The position numbers and the translations under genes were made by a program. Of a stretch of DNA of 64,000 bases, positions 1 through 9,116 are shown in pieces (the stretch's first letter is position 1; every line of letters starts with the position of its first letter). This DNA comes from Mariprofundus sp. GTDB lineage: Bacteria; Pseudomonadota; Zetaproteobacteria; Mariprofundales; Mariprofundaceae. The stretch covers positions 24,800 to 88,799 of the forward strand of contig JAJFLH010000036.1 of the NCBI GenBank assembly GCA_021772775.1, written 5' to 3'. A model generated the notes under the pieces. It was not told the DNA's origin, ran no database searches, and was given only the letters and a program-made list of their open reading frames with translations.

Positions 1-88
1 TAGCCAAGACCATCAGAAGAATAATAGCCAACGACATTGAACCAAGCCGTTGCCAAAGTAGTTTTAGTGATTCAGAGAAGGATTGCAT
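1..88 (-). CDS. resB: Cytochrome c biogenesis protein ResB/Ccs1 (system II), 5' fragment running off the window edge
   Basis: Not in the ORF track. Manual translation gives MQSFSESLKLLWQRLGSMSLAIILLMVLA, matching the ResB N-terminal 'L.SM.LAI.LL' pattern. In-frame ATGs at 97 and 106 are alternative starts. Confidence 0.6.
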   Translation of the reverse strand, partial: MQSFSESLKLLWQRLGSMSLAIILLMVLA

Positions 89-120
89 GCGCGGCATGTT
101 AGCCATTCAATCAAGCCGCG

Positions 121-699
121 TCATGCTCTAAGGATGGTGCAGTCATTGCGCCATACACGCATGATTTGTGAGGCTTTGCCTGAACTTGAGTCACCAGTCA
201 GCCTTGCACTCAGAAATGAAGCGAAACGCAGCTGCGTTCGTCGATCCGCTGATTTTGTGCTTTTCCCTCTTCGATTCAGGCTACTCGAGAGCAACAGACC
301 ACCACAGGTATTCGCTAAAACCCGTGTTTCTTCTGAGGTATCCACACGAATCGCCATGCTTGACTTTTTATAACAAGCTTTATGAAGACCAGGTTTAGCC
401 GGAATAATCAGTGTCACAGGGCCAGGCCATGAAGAATGAACCAACCTACGCAAAACAGGAGAGATATAACGCGCCTGCCTCAACGCTGTTCCTATAGAAT
501 CCGCCAACAGTAAAAAAGGCCCCTGCCGCTGCTTGAAACATTGTAGCCGCTGAACAGCCTGTTTGCTATGCAAATCTGCCGCAATGCCTGGTAATGTGTC
601 CGTAGCATGCGCAATACAGCCGCCTCGTTTCAATACCTTGGAAACTCGCAAAGCCCGAAGCTTACCACTCACGCTCTTACCCTTCACTTTACACATCAC
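121..699 (-). CDS. tsaC: L-threonylcarbamoyladenylate synthase (YrdC/Sua5 family, short form)
   Basis: YrdC-like motifs HATDTLPG, KQRQGPFLLL, WPGPVTLI, AIRV and SSSLNRRG. Exact start uncertain. Confidence 0.8.
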   Translation of the reverse strand: MMCKVKGKSVSGKLRALRVSKVLKRGGCIAHATDTLPGIAADLHSKQAVQRLQCFKQRQGPFLLLADSIGTALRQARYISPVLRRLVHSSWPGPVTLIIPAKPGLHKACYKKSSMAIRVDTSEETRVLANTCGGLLLSSSLNRRGKSTKSADRRTQLRFASFLSARLTGDSSSGKASQIMRVWRNDCTILRA

Positions 700-985
700 A
701 ACAATAGTTAGCGTCTAGTTCAAAGGGAAAACACACCTTCAAACATTCATACACCTTATATAATACAACAACCATTCAACAGCCTCTTAACAATCAACAG
801 ATCAACACCACTGCCATGAAGCATATCAACATCACCTCTGGAATACACTCCTGATACAGAATGATATAAACGCCATTGATTGATTAAAAGTGTGTACGCT
901 TTATTTAATGCAGATGATGTAGAGGGTTATGCCCATTATTATACGTGCTTTCACTGCTGTAATATATATTCAGGGGATAAAATAG

Positions 986-1519
986 ATGCGACAGTACCTT
1001 ATGAAGTTTGACCTTGTTACTGCTTTATTGATGACACTGTTACTGCTGGCCGGCTGTGTCCCTCATCAAAGCCTGCATGGCAAAGCAAAACAGACGGATA
1101 CACGTCTATTAGCTGTCAGCGACTTTATATCCGAAGTCAGGTCTATTCATTTGAAACATGATGATAAAAAGCTATCGGAAAAGATATTTACCCGAGCGTT
1201 GTCAGGACTTAAAAAAAACACTGAGGATCAATTGCGTAAAACAGGCCGTTGGAAGGAAGATGAAAATATCATCTTGCATCTGGAAATCGAACAGATTCGC
1301 TTGCGCAAAATCGCGGCAGTTTTATTACTTGATCCTTTCGCCGGGAGCGACGAGATGACAATCAAAGTATGGATCACCAAAGAGGGCACGGTGATTGCAT
1401 CGGATACGATTTCAACAAGTCTGGGGGGTGGCGGCTTCATTAGCACTTTCCCATTAAGTAAACGGTTGGACATGTTATCTCAACAGATTGCACGTAAATT
1501 TGTCAGGGCACGCCTGTAA
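986..1519 (+). CDS. Putative lipoprotein, DUF4410-like
   Basis: Signal peptide with lipobox LLLAGC. The C-terminal half (FAGSDEMTIKV...SLGGGGF) resembles DUF4410 lipoproteins. Confidence 0.6.
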   Translation: MRQYLMKFDLVTALLMTLLLLAGCVPHQSLHGKAKQTDTRLLAVSDFISEVRSIHLKHDDKKLSEKIFTRALSGLKKNTEDQLRKTGRWKEDENIILHLEIEQIRLRKIAAVLLLDPFAGSDEMTIKVWITKEGTVIASDTISTSLGGGGFISTFPLSKRLDMLSQQIARKFVRARL

Positions 1520-1527
1520 TATGAGGC

Positions 1528-1716
1528 TCAAAATAACACGAGGCAATATGAAGTGATATAGAGCCGCGGCACCTCACAAATCTCCCCAAACACACCGGCA
1601 CTGGATGGAAAGACACCCGTAGAGCTATACTTCGGCACATTGGTAATCCAAAAGAGCACCAGTGAGTAACAACAAGCACCATAAATAATCGCTAAAATTA
1701 TCCTGCTGATGAACAT
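1528..1716 (-). CDS. Possible small membrane protein (62 aa)
   Basis: One hydrophobic segment (IILAIIYGACCYSLVLFWI). Fills the gap between two genes, but the RBS is weak and no family is recognised. Confidence 0.25.
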   Translation of the reverse strand: MFISRIILAIIYGACCYSLVLFWITNVPKYSSTGVFPSSAGVFGEICEVPRLYITSYCLVLF

Positions 1717-1753
1717 CTTCTCAGCGAGTTAAAGACTGCATCATGGAGAAGAA

Positions 1754-2365
1754 ATGGCTTCCACTTTGATAGACCTGCTGAAAAAAATACCCATTGATCT
1801 GGGGCAGGAATCGGTAGCCGATCGCACCGAGGGCAAACAGATTGCCTTGCGACTCGTGCCTTCTGACGGTCAAGGAAAGTCAGCGCTTGACGTCGGCGCA
1901 CGCATGGGAGAACAGACCCGTTTTCTTACCCAACGCGGTTACAGTGTTACCTCAGTCGATATTGAACCGAGATTTGAGGGGTGCCTCAGCATGGATGCCA
2001 ATCAACCATTGCCATTTGAAGATAATCAATTTGACCTGATCTGGTGCTCAGAAGTGATTGAGCACCTACAAGATCCAGCTCACTGCATCAGTGAATTCCG
2101 CCGCATTACCCGTAGCGGTGGCCAGATCATCATGACCACTCCCAATAGCTACGCTTGGTTCTTCCGCCTCTTCGCTCTGTTCGGACTACCTCCAGAGCGC
2201 TTGCAGCGCGCAGATCATATTCACTTTTTCTCCCTCGATGAGGTGCGTGATATTGCTCCCGATGCTGATCTGTATGGTTATTTCCCTTACATGCTGATCA
2301 AACGCACTATTCGTAAATCTCTGAATTTACTTACCCCCACCTTTATCATCCATATCAAAACATGA
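1754..2365 (+). CDS. Class I SAM-dependent methyltransferase
   Basis: Motif I ALDVGARMG and LPFEDNQFDLIWCSEVIEHL. RBS GGAG upstream. Confidence 0.9.
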   Translation: MASTLIDLLKKIPIDLGQESVADRTEGKQIALRLVPSDGQGKSALDVGARMGEQTRFLTQRGYSVTSVDIEPRFEGCLSMDANQPLPFEDNQFDLIWCSEVIEHLQDPAHCISEFRRITRSGGQIIMTTPNSYAWFFRLFALFGLPPERLQRADHIHFFSLDEVRDIAPDADLYGYFPYMLIKRTIRKSLNLLTPTFIIHIKT

Positions 2366-3945
2366 TGCATATCTCCGTCAATCAGATGATCGAACGCCCC
2401 TGGCTCTGGCTGATCGGGCTCGCCGCAGTTCAGTTACTATTCATGCTGGGGGGCCACACCTTCTGGGACATTGATGAGCCGATCAATGCAAGCTGCAGCC
2501 GAGAAATGTTGGAGGCTGCCAATTGGTTGGTACCCATGTTCAATGGCGAGTTACGCACTGGAAAACCTATTCTAACCTACTGGTTTATGCTCACCTCATA
2601 CAGCTTGTTTGGCGTCAGCGAGTTTTCAGCCCGTCTACCCTCGGCAATATGCATCACGCTGTTAATGCTAAGCATTACCTATTTTTCTCGTCGCCTGCTC
2701 GGCGCAAAATATGGTCTTATTGCCGGTGGCCTGTTCATCACTAGCTTGCATATGACCGTCATTGGGCGAGCCGCTACACCTGATGCGGTGTTTCTGTTAT
2801 TTCTCTGCACCGGACTACTGGCCGGTTTGTGTTACTGTGTTGAGGAGTTCAAACCGAAAAAGATGTTATGGTTGGCTTATGCCTGCTTTGGCATCGCTGT
2901 GCTGGCCAAAGGACCAGTAGCGGTCGCTATGCCGGGCATGATTCTCGCTACCTGGCTACTGTTAACAGGGAACTTGCGCAAATGGTCATCATTTCACATT
3001 GGACGCGGCCTGCTTATTATCTTCGCTCTGGCGCTGCCATGGTATATCGCCGTATGGCTGCAAACTGATGGCGAATGGGTAGAACGTTTTCTGATCACCG
3101 ATAATGTTGGTCGTTTCCTCGCTCCGATGGAGGGGCATAAGGGCTTCCCCGGTTTTTATCTGCTAAGCCTCTTACTCGGCCTGTTCCCATGGACAGGTAT
3201 CCTGATTGGCACCCTGATCCACTCTACATGGAGACCGTCGCTGCTGAAGCAACAGCCGATGCGTGCCTTTCTGATCAGCTGGGTCGGCGTGTTCTTCATA
3301 TTTTTCACTATAGCCCGAACCCAATTACCCAACTATATGTTACCAGTCATGCCAGCGCTGATTTTGTTGATGGCCATGTGGCTACGCGATACAGCCAGGG
3401 AAACAGTGAACCGCTATCTACTGTGGAGCGCTGGCATCATCTCTGCTGCCCTACTCATCGGCGGTGGATTCGCCCTGCAACATCAATGGCCGGGAGACTG
3501 GTATTATGCATTCAGCTTCCTGCCAGTACTGCTAGCCGTGCTCATCGCCTGGCGACAGCGGGAAAAATCACTGCAGCTGATCACTGCAGGCATGGTTATG
3601 ATGGTCATCATACTGGCAAGCTGGGCTCTACCCGGAATTGATAACCACAAGGCCCCCCGCACCTTGGCTCAAAGCGCTGCCGAAGCCGGTTACGCCAAGG
3701 GAAGTCTGGCAGGCTACCGTTACTTTCAACCTTCGATGCTGTTCTATCATGGCAATAACACCTTGCCTGTACTGATCACACCAAAGGAGTTACTGGAATG
3801 GCTCGAACAAAAGCGAGTAGCCGTCGTCCCCGAGCGCTACATGGCCGAACTATCCCCTGAAATACAGGCTCGTTTGAATGTCATTAAACGCGCTTATGGG
3901 CTCTATGCCCGCCAGGATCTGTTGCTGGTCAGCTTGCGCCAATAA
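2362..3945 (+). CDS. ArnT/PMT-family (GT-C fold) lipid-carrier-dependent glycosyltransferase
   Basis: Multiple TM helices with motifs WDIDEP, FNGELRTGKPILTYW, EFSARLPSA, LAKGPVA and QLPNYMLP. Overlaps the methyltransferase by 4 bp. Confidence 0.88.
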   Translation: MMHISVNQMIERPWLWLIGLAAVQLLFMLGGHTFWDIDEPINASCSREMLEAANWLVPMFNGELRTGKPILTYWFMLTSYSLFGVSEFSARLPSAICITLLMLSITYFSRRLLGAKYGLIAGGLFITSLHMTVIGRAATPDAVFLLFLCTGLLAGLCYCVEEFKPKKMLWLAYACFGIAVLAKGPVAVAMPGMILATWLLLTGNLRKWSSFHIGRGLLIIFALALPWYIAVWLQTDGEWVERFLITDNVGRFLAPMEGHKGFPGFYLLSLLLGLFPWTGILIGTLIHSTWRPSLLKQQPMRAFLISWVGVFFIFFTIARTQLPNYMLPVMPALILLMAMWLRDTARETVNRYLLWSAGIISAALLIGGGFALQHQWPGDWYYAFSFLPVLLAVLIAWRQREKSLQLITAGMVMMVIILASWALPGIDNHKAPRTLAQSAAEAGYAKGSLAGYRYFQPSMLFYHGNNTLPVLITPKELLEWLEQKRVAVVPERYMAELSPEIQARLNVIKRAYGLYARQDLLLVSLRQ

Positions 3946-4055
3946 ACAGAAGACTCGTAAACCGGCCACAAAAAGTAAGTTAACTTTGACAAGGAAAGTG
4001 CTATTCCGCCCTAATTTGGGGAGAAATGACTCAAAATGCGTGAGCACTTCAGACA

Positions 4056-4227
4056 CCTCACATCATGAAAATATATTCATACTTCATTCATGGCAGTCTA
4101 ACGTGAGGGCTCTAAAGTTCGCCATGTCTGGAGCGGAACTTCTCCCCCTCCCTGATCCCTCCAGACAATCATTTTTTCTCTTGATGTGTAAAAATAGAGC
4201 CCCGGCCCTCCCTCCGGGGCTTTTTTT
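4056..4227 (+). ncRNA. Candidate small RNA with C/U-rich hairpin loops
   Basis: Three hairpins: 4056-4108, 4125-4167 (loop ACTTCTCCCCCTCCCTGA) and 4196-4223 (loop CCCTCCCT) followed by a T-run. Strand and ends are inferred. Confidence 0.4.
4196..4227. terminator. Rho-independent terminator, probably bidirectional
   Basis: AGAGCCCCGG-ccctccct-CCGGGGCTTT stem followed by T7 on the + strand, with an A-run just upstream. Confidence 0.75.
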
Positions 4228-4383
4228 ACCCTCTTTTAGAAGCACAGCTTACTCTGATTATTAGCTCATCATGTTTGAACTCCAACTTCATAACAGCCTC
4301 TAACCTGAACCCCGCAAGCCCATCAGACTTTTGGCACATATCTTGTTGGTGGAGCGATAATCCACTGAATAGAGAGGTGCCTC

Positions 4384-4764
4384 ATGTACGATCATCATCA
4401 GTATAAAGAGCTCCGAAACTTTAAAAGGTTTTCGATTGAGTTTCCTGTCGAGATTATTGGCTGGTCAAATCAGGCTGAGAAATTCTCCGATTTTGCCGAA
4501 ATGAGTAACATCTCAGATAATGGTTTATGCTTTTCTACCACCAATTCCGATTGGTATTCTATCTCTCAGCAATTGACTGTTAATGTCCACCTACCAGAAA
4601 CAGGGCTATTGAACAGCGGTATTGAATGCCAAGCAAGCGTAATGTGGATGCACTATATTGATCAGCAGTGCTCTGAAACTAAAGATCAAACGCTAATCGG
4701 TTTGTGCCTGGAGAGTTTGATGACATTTGAAACGCAAAAGTTAAAAGAGTTCGCCAAAGCTTAA
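4384..4764 (+). CDS. Stand-alone PilZ-domain protein (c-di-GMP receptor)
   Basis: RxxxR (RNFKR) and (D/N)xSxxG (NISDNG) motifs. RBS GAGG upstream. Confidence 0.85.
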   Translation: MYDHHQYKELRNFKRFSIEFPVEIIGWSNQAEKFSDFAEMSNISDNGLCFSTTNSDWYSISQQLTVNVHLPETGLLNSGIECQASVMWMHYIDQQCSETKDQTLIGLCLESLMTFETQKLKEFAKA

Positions 4765-5002
4765 TGCTATTTATACAAACCGACTGCAACCACAACAGAT
4801 ATTAAAATAAATAAAAGAACACGAACAGCCCCTTGGGGACAATCCATAGCTTTAATAGCCACCCCGATTGAGACTTTCGCGCATAACACGATAGAGTTGC
4901 TTGAAGATACAATGAAGCACTAGTTTTTTACCCGATAACCCTATCTCCCCTCTTGATATATAATTGAATTATAATATAATTATTAAAAAAACGGAGTCTG
5001 TC

Positions 5003-5191
5003 ATGATGTTCATTAAGGATCAGAAAAATAACCGCAGGTGTAACTATCAGGCGCATGTCTGGTTCGATAAACACTCCCATTAATGCGGCTGTTTTGCAGT
5101 TAGAGCTGCTGCAGAGCAGTGGGCCCAATGGCTGCATAGAAGAGTGGCAACCGATGATCTGCTAAAAGACGTTCGTCAAAAGTCCGAATAA
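5003..5191 (+). pseudogene. Small gene (62 codons) interrupted by an in-frame TAA at 5081-5083
   Basis: RBS GGAG at 4993-4996. Reads MMFIKDQKNNRRCNYQAHVWFDKHSH*CGCFAVRAAAEQWAQWLHRRVATDDLLKDVRQKSE* in one frame. Confidence 0.5.
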
Positions 5192-5232
5192 AAAACTAAA
5201 ACTCATAGGCTTAAATAGTGGGCTTCGACACT

Positions 5233-7074
5233 TTACCCCCGTTTTGAGCGCAGTTCTGCCTGAATTTCAGCCACACGTTCACGGGTAAGCGGATAGAACC
5301 ACATCGATATGACAGCCAGGCTCAAAAACAGCACTGGAATTGCTAAATATGCACTACGCACCTTCAGCAGCGTATCATCGCTCAGCATTGTCTCCTGCCC
5401 TACTACGCCTGCCCAGGCCAGTAGCGCGCCACTGCCAAGTGCTACGATGCCAATAGCGGTTTTATAAACCAGCGCAAATACAGCGCTATATACACCCTCA
5501 CGGCGATGACCCGTATTGAGTTCATCCTCATCACAAATATCAGCCGCAAACGAGCCGTTTACCGCCCAGCAGGCACACAACCCCCAAGCAGCTACAACGA
5601 CAGGAATAATTTGCAGCCATGGATTTTCCGGTGTGAACAACCACCAGCTTGATGCATATCCGACAATGGAGATACTCAAACCAGTGAACAAGATAGTCTT
5701 TTTATCCAGCCGCTCACTCGCCCATGAGATCAGAGGCATGGCGAGAAACTGGCCAGTAACCTGAATAACAGTCATCACGCCACCAATCTCAGCGGCCAAC
5801 ATTTTATCCCCTTCGCAAACATAGAAGATGCCGATGTAGGTCATAAATGGCAGTGCAAAGAACAGCCCCATAAACACCGCAAATACCGAGCCCATCAACA
5901 TACGGAAACTCTTGTTCGTGGCGGTAAGTTTTATGGCCTTGAACAGCGGTAGATGCTCCTTTTTACGTTCACTCGATGCAAAGCGTTCACGGCATAAAAT
6001 AGCCGGTAACATAGTAGAGACCAACACCAACAGGCCGATGCAGACACCGACAATGCGTACACCCAGCACCTCATCACCACCCAGCCATGCCCCTGCCATT
6101 TGTGACCAAAGGTAGAGATAACCGACCAGCAGACTGGCGCAAAATGAAGCGACTAAACGATAGATTTGCAGATTGGTACGCTCTGAATAGTCGTCAGTCA
6201 ATTCAATACCCAGCCCCGAATAGGGAATCACGAAAACGGAGAAACTGAAATAGAACAGTAGGCAGACCAGTGCAAATGCCCCGAACATCTTCAGTGATGA
6301 ATAGGAGGTGATCCCAAATTGGTGCAACAAAGTGCTATCCAGCACATCAGCACTCGGCAAAATGCGCAGGCCAGCGGTGGTTTCTGCGCTAGCCTCGCTG
6401 GAGACTGCTGCCGTAACCGTTACAGATTGAGCTGCTTGCCAATTCTCCGACGTAAAGATCAATTGCGAGGGTTCAAGTTTCAAATGAATTGTCGCATCCC
6501 CATTCGCCACCGATTCGATGGTAAATGCGGTGGCCGCTTGTGGTGCCGACTTCAACACGACATTGAAACTGCCGGAAGTAGCATCGCTTGAAAGTCTGAC
6601 ATCCTTGCTGCTAACACCGTACCACGACAGAGAATCATGCAGTGCGGCGGCTTTTTGATTCTGCTCAGCAGCTTCAATAACAGGCCCATGCTGCAGATGT
6701 ACCGTGACTAGTTTAGGCAACTGCGGCATCAGTGAGGGCAGGAACCAGACAGCTGTAAAAAACAGCGTCATCAGAATCGAACCGACAAACATCCATGGCC
6801 GACGACGTCCCCAGCGCGATTCTGTGTTATCGGTCAAGTTCCCAATAATCGGATCAATGATGGCATCCAGAATACGGGAGACAGCCATCGCCAAGCCGAT
6901 AGCCAGTGTACTAAAGCCCAGTGCTACATTAAAGATCGGAAAAACCAGCGACAGGATGGCGGAGTTAGCAATATTTTCACCAAAACCACCTACACCCCAG
7001 CCCAGTTTGGTTTTAACCGGCAGCTTTCCTGCGGCCGGCCTCAGATCCGCAGAGCGCTGGCTCTCATCACTCAA
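5233..7074 (-). CDS. MFS sugar transporter, GPH/MelB family, with a large inserted extracytoplasmic domain
   Basis: GPH motifs SRILDAIIDPIIGNLTDNTESRWGRRRPW, ELTDDYSERT and ADICDEDELNTGHRREGVY. An insert of about 145 aa lies after TM3. Confidence 0.9.
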   Translation of the reverse strand: MSDESQRSADLRPAAGKLPVKTKLGWGVGGFGENIANSAILSLVFPIFNVALGFSTLAIGLAMAVSRILDAIIDPIIGNLTDNTESRWGRRRPWMFVGSILMTLFFTAVWFLPSLMPQLPKLVTVHLQHGPVIEAAEQNQKAAALHDSLSWYGVSSKDVRLSSDATSGSFNVVLKSAPQAATAFTIESVANGDATIHLKLEPSQLIFTSENWQAAQSVTVTAAVSSEASAETTAGLRILPSADVLDSTLLHQFGITSYSSLKMFGAFALVCLLFYFSFSVFVIPYSGLGIELTDDYSERTNLQIYRLVASFCASLLVGYLYLWSQMAGAWLGGDEVLGVRIVGVCIGLLVLVSTMLPAILCRERFASSERKKEHLPLFKAIKLTATNKSFRMLMGSVFAVFMGLFFALPFMTYIGIFYVCEGDKMLAAEIGGVMTVIQVTGQFLAMPLISWASERLDKKTILFTGLSISIVGYASSWWLFTPENPWLQIIPVVVAAWGLCACWAVNGSFAADICDEDELNTGHRREGVYSAVFALVYKTAIGIVALGSGALLAWAGVVGQETMLSDDTLLKVRSAYLAIPVLFLSLAVISMWFYPLTRERVAEIQAELRSKRG

Positions 7075-7077
7075 TGT

Positions 7078-8058
7078 TTAATTGCCAGCCTTAAGGTGAT
7101 CAATCACCGCCTGCGCCGTTGTAAAACACAAGCCTGTCACAGTATCAGCACAGCCATAATAGATCGCAATACGGCCACTCGGTGCATCCGTCAAAGCGGC
7201 ACAGGGGAAAGTAACATTCGGTACATCACCCACGCACTCATATTGCTCCCACGGTGCAATGAGGAAATTTTTGGAACGATGAATAACTTTCCATGGCTCA
7301 TCGAGATCAAGCAAAGCGGCACCAAAGCTGTAAACAAAACCGTTACAGGAGGTTAACACACCGTGATAAATCATCAGCCATCCTTCATTGGTCTCAATCG
7401 GGATTGGCCCTGCGCCAATTTTAGTGGACTGCCAGCCATCGGAAGTACCCATCACATGACGATGGCAGCCCCAATGCTCCATATCCGGACTCTGGCTGAC
7501 AAAAATGTCACCGAAAGGTGTATGGCCATTATCACTTGGACGTGACAACATCATATATTTACCGTTGATCTTGCGCGGAAACAGTACGCCATTGCGATTA
7601 AAGATCAGAAATGCATTTTCAAGCTGATGGAACTCTTTAAAATCCTTCGTCCACGCCACACCGATAGTCGGCCCATGATAACCGTTACACCAGGTGACAT
7701 AATAGCGGTCTTCGATCCAAACCACACGCGGGTCGTAACCATATTCCCAACCATTCACCTCAGGGTCTGCATTGATGAATTGAATGCGCTCATCATTGAT
7801 CTTCCAGTTGATACCATCATCACTGAAACCAACATGCAGCTGCATCTCACGCGCAGTTGAGTCACAACGGAACACACCTGCAAACTTGCCATTGAACGGA
7901 ACAGCAGCACTGTTGAACGTGCTATTCGCACCAAGAAAAGGATTGCGCGGAATAATTGGATTCTGGTCATAACGCCAGACCACTTCCTGAGAGTCCTGCG
8001 GTTTGTCCTGCCAAGGCATATTAGGCAACTCTTGCCCGATGATATCGATTTTGCTCAT
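7078..8058 (-). CDS. Glycoside hydrolase family 130 beta-mannoside phosphorylase (GH130_2-like)
   Basis: MPWQDKP...[43 protein letters not shown] and GDVPNVTFP are typical of GH130. Start set at MSKID (8058), with RBS AAGGA. Confidence 0.92.
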   Translation of the reverse strand: MSKIDIIGQELPNMPWQDKPQDSQEVVWRYDQNPIIPRNPFLGANSTFNSAAVPFNGKFAGVFRCDSTAREMQLHVGFSDDGINWKINDERIQFINADPEVNGWEYGYDPRVVWIEDRYYVTWCNGYHGPTIGVAWTKDFKEFHQLENAFLIFNRNGVLFPRKINGKYMMLSRPSDNGHTPFGDIFVSQSPDMEHWGCHRHVMGTSDGWQSTKIGAGPIPIETNEGWLMIYHGVLTSCNGFVYSFGAALLDLDEPWKVIHRSKNFLIAPWEQYECVGDVPNVTFPCAALTDAPSGRIAIYYGCADTVTGLCFTTAQAVIDHLKAGN

Positions 8059-8308
8059 ATGTATTCCTTTGTTCGTGTTGATGGATTCGTCACTCAGGCT
8101 AGCCAGCAACCTGTCGTGCGGAGAAACAGTGGCCTGATTTAGGCCCAGCGTCAACGAAGAAACATCGTAACCGTTCCGCTCAGCCCTGATTCACTCAAGC
8201 TCTGCCTCAAACGTACTTATCTAGAAGAGTAAATTGCCTGCTTTTCCCTTGATTTTGGGTAAATAAGAAGCAAGCTAAACAGTCGATTATTCGTCATACC
8301 CCAAGCTA

Positions 8309-8555
8309 GCTTCTCTACCTTCGGCATTCACCTGCTTCCTGAGTGGTTTCATCAGGCAAGGAGAATCCGAGGGCATAGAGAGCCCCCCGCGGGAAGAATA
8401 CAGCTTTTCCGCATGATGGATTCCGGCTAAAATATGCCGGAACGATACTGATCTGTAGCTACTATTACTTTGCACGCACAGGTCGTTTTTAACCAACGAT
8501 CTGTGCGCAATAATGCTGAAACTTTCCGCGCCTTGAATGCTACTTATAAGGCGCG
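8309..8555. other. Highly structured intergenic region with four consecutive hairpins
   Basis: Inverted repeats at 8309-8383 (long, imperfect), 8421-8442, 8475-8507 and 8527-8555. Confidence 0.55.
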
Positions 8556-8563
8556 AAGAGATC

Positions 8564-9037
8564 TTAATCTGCCGCGAGAATAGCTTCAGCCTGTGCTGCG
8601 CGATCAGCTTTAAGCTTATCACTCAGATCTTCATCCGTTTGCGCCAACATCTGCACAGCCAGCAAACCTGCATTTTTGGAAGCGTTAATGCCAACAGTCG
8701 CAACCGGCATGCCAGGCGGCATCATCACGGTAGACAACAGCGCGTCTTCACCATTTAGCGGACCCGATGCAATCGGCACACCAATGACCGGCTTCACTGT
8801 TTTAGAGCATACAACACCGGCCAGATGAGCCGCCATGCCTGCAGCGCAGACAAACACCTTGCAGCCTGCCGCTTCAGCATCTTTGATCGCCTGCACAGTT
8901 GCTTCCGGTGTACGATGCGCTGAGCGCACCATTGTTTTATACGGTACGCCAAAAGCATCCAGTACGGCCTCTGTTTTTTTCATCACCGGCATATCACTGG
9001 CGCTACCCATCAAAATCAAAACTTTAATATTTTCCAT
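8564..9037 (-). CDS. purE: N5-carboxyaminoimidazole ribonucleotide mutase
   Basis: [29 protein letters not shown] and [10 protein letters not shown] motifs. Confidence 0.97.
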   Translation of the reverse strand: MENIKVLILMGSASDMPVMKKTEAVLDAFGVPYKTMVRSAHRTPEATVQAIKDAEAAGCKVFVCAAGMAAHLAGVVCSKTVKPVIGVPIASGPLNGEDALLSTVMMPPGMPVATVGINASKNAGLLAVQMLAQTDEDLSDKLKADRAAQAEAILAAD

Positions 9038-9116
9038 TATTAACCTCTTCTTTACAAAAACTTTTTACCACTAAGACACACAAGCTCAAAACCAGTTTAT
9101 CTCTTCGTGATATAAA

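Noticed and set aside
8167-8177. LacI-like operator GTAACCGTTCC upstream of the GH130 gene
   Set aside because: It is short and imperfect, and there is no LacI gene in the window, so it cannot be distinguished from chance.
8309-8390. SRP RNA (ffs) or hammerhead ribozyme on the minus strand, suggested by GGGGGCTCT, AGGAAGCAG and CTGATGA
   Set aside because: The SRP helix-8 stem-GNRA-stem between CAGG and AGCAG is missing. CTGATGA is paired in a stem and has no correctly placed GAAA core.
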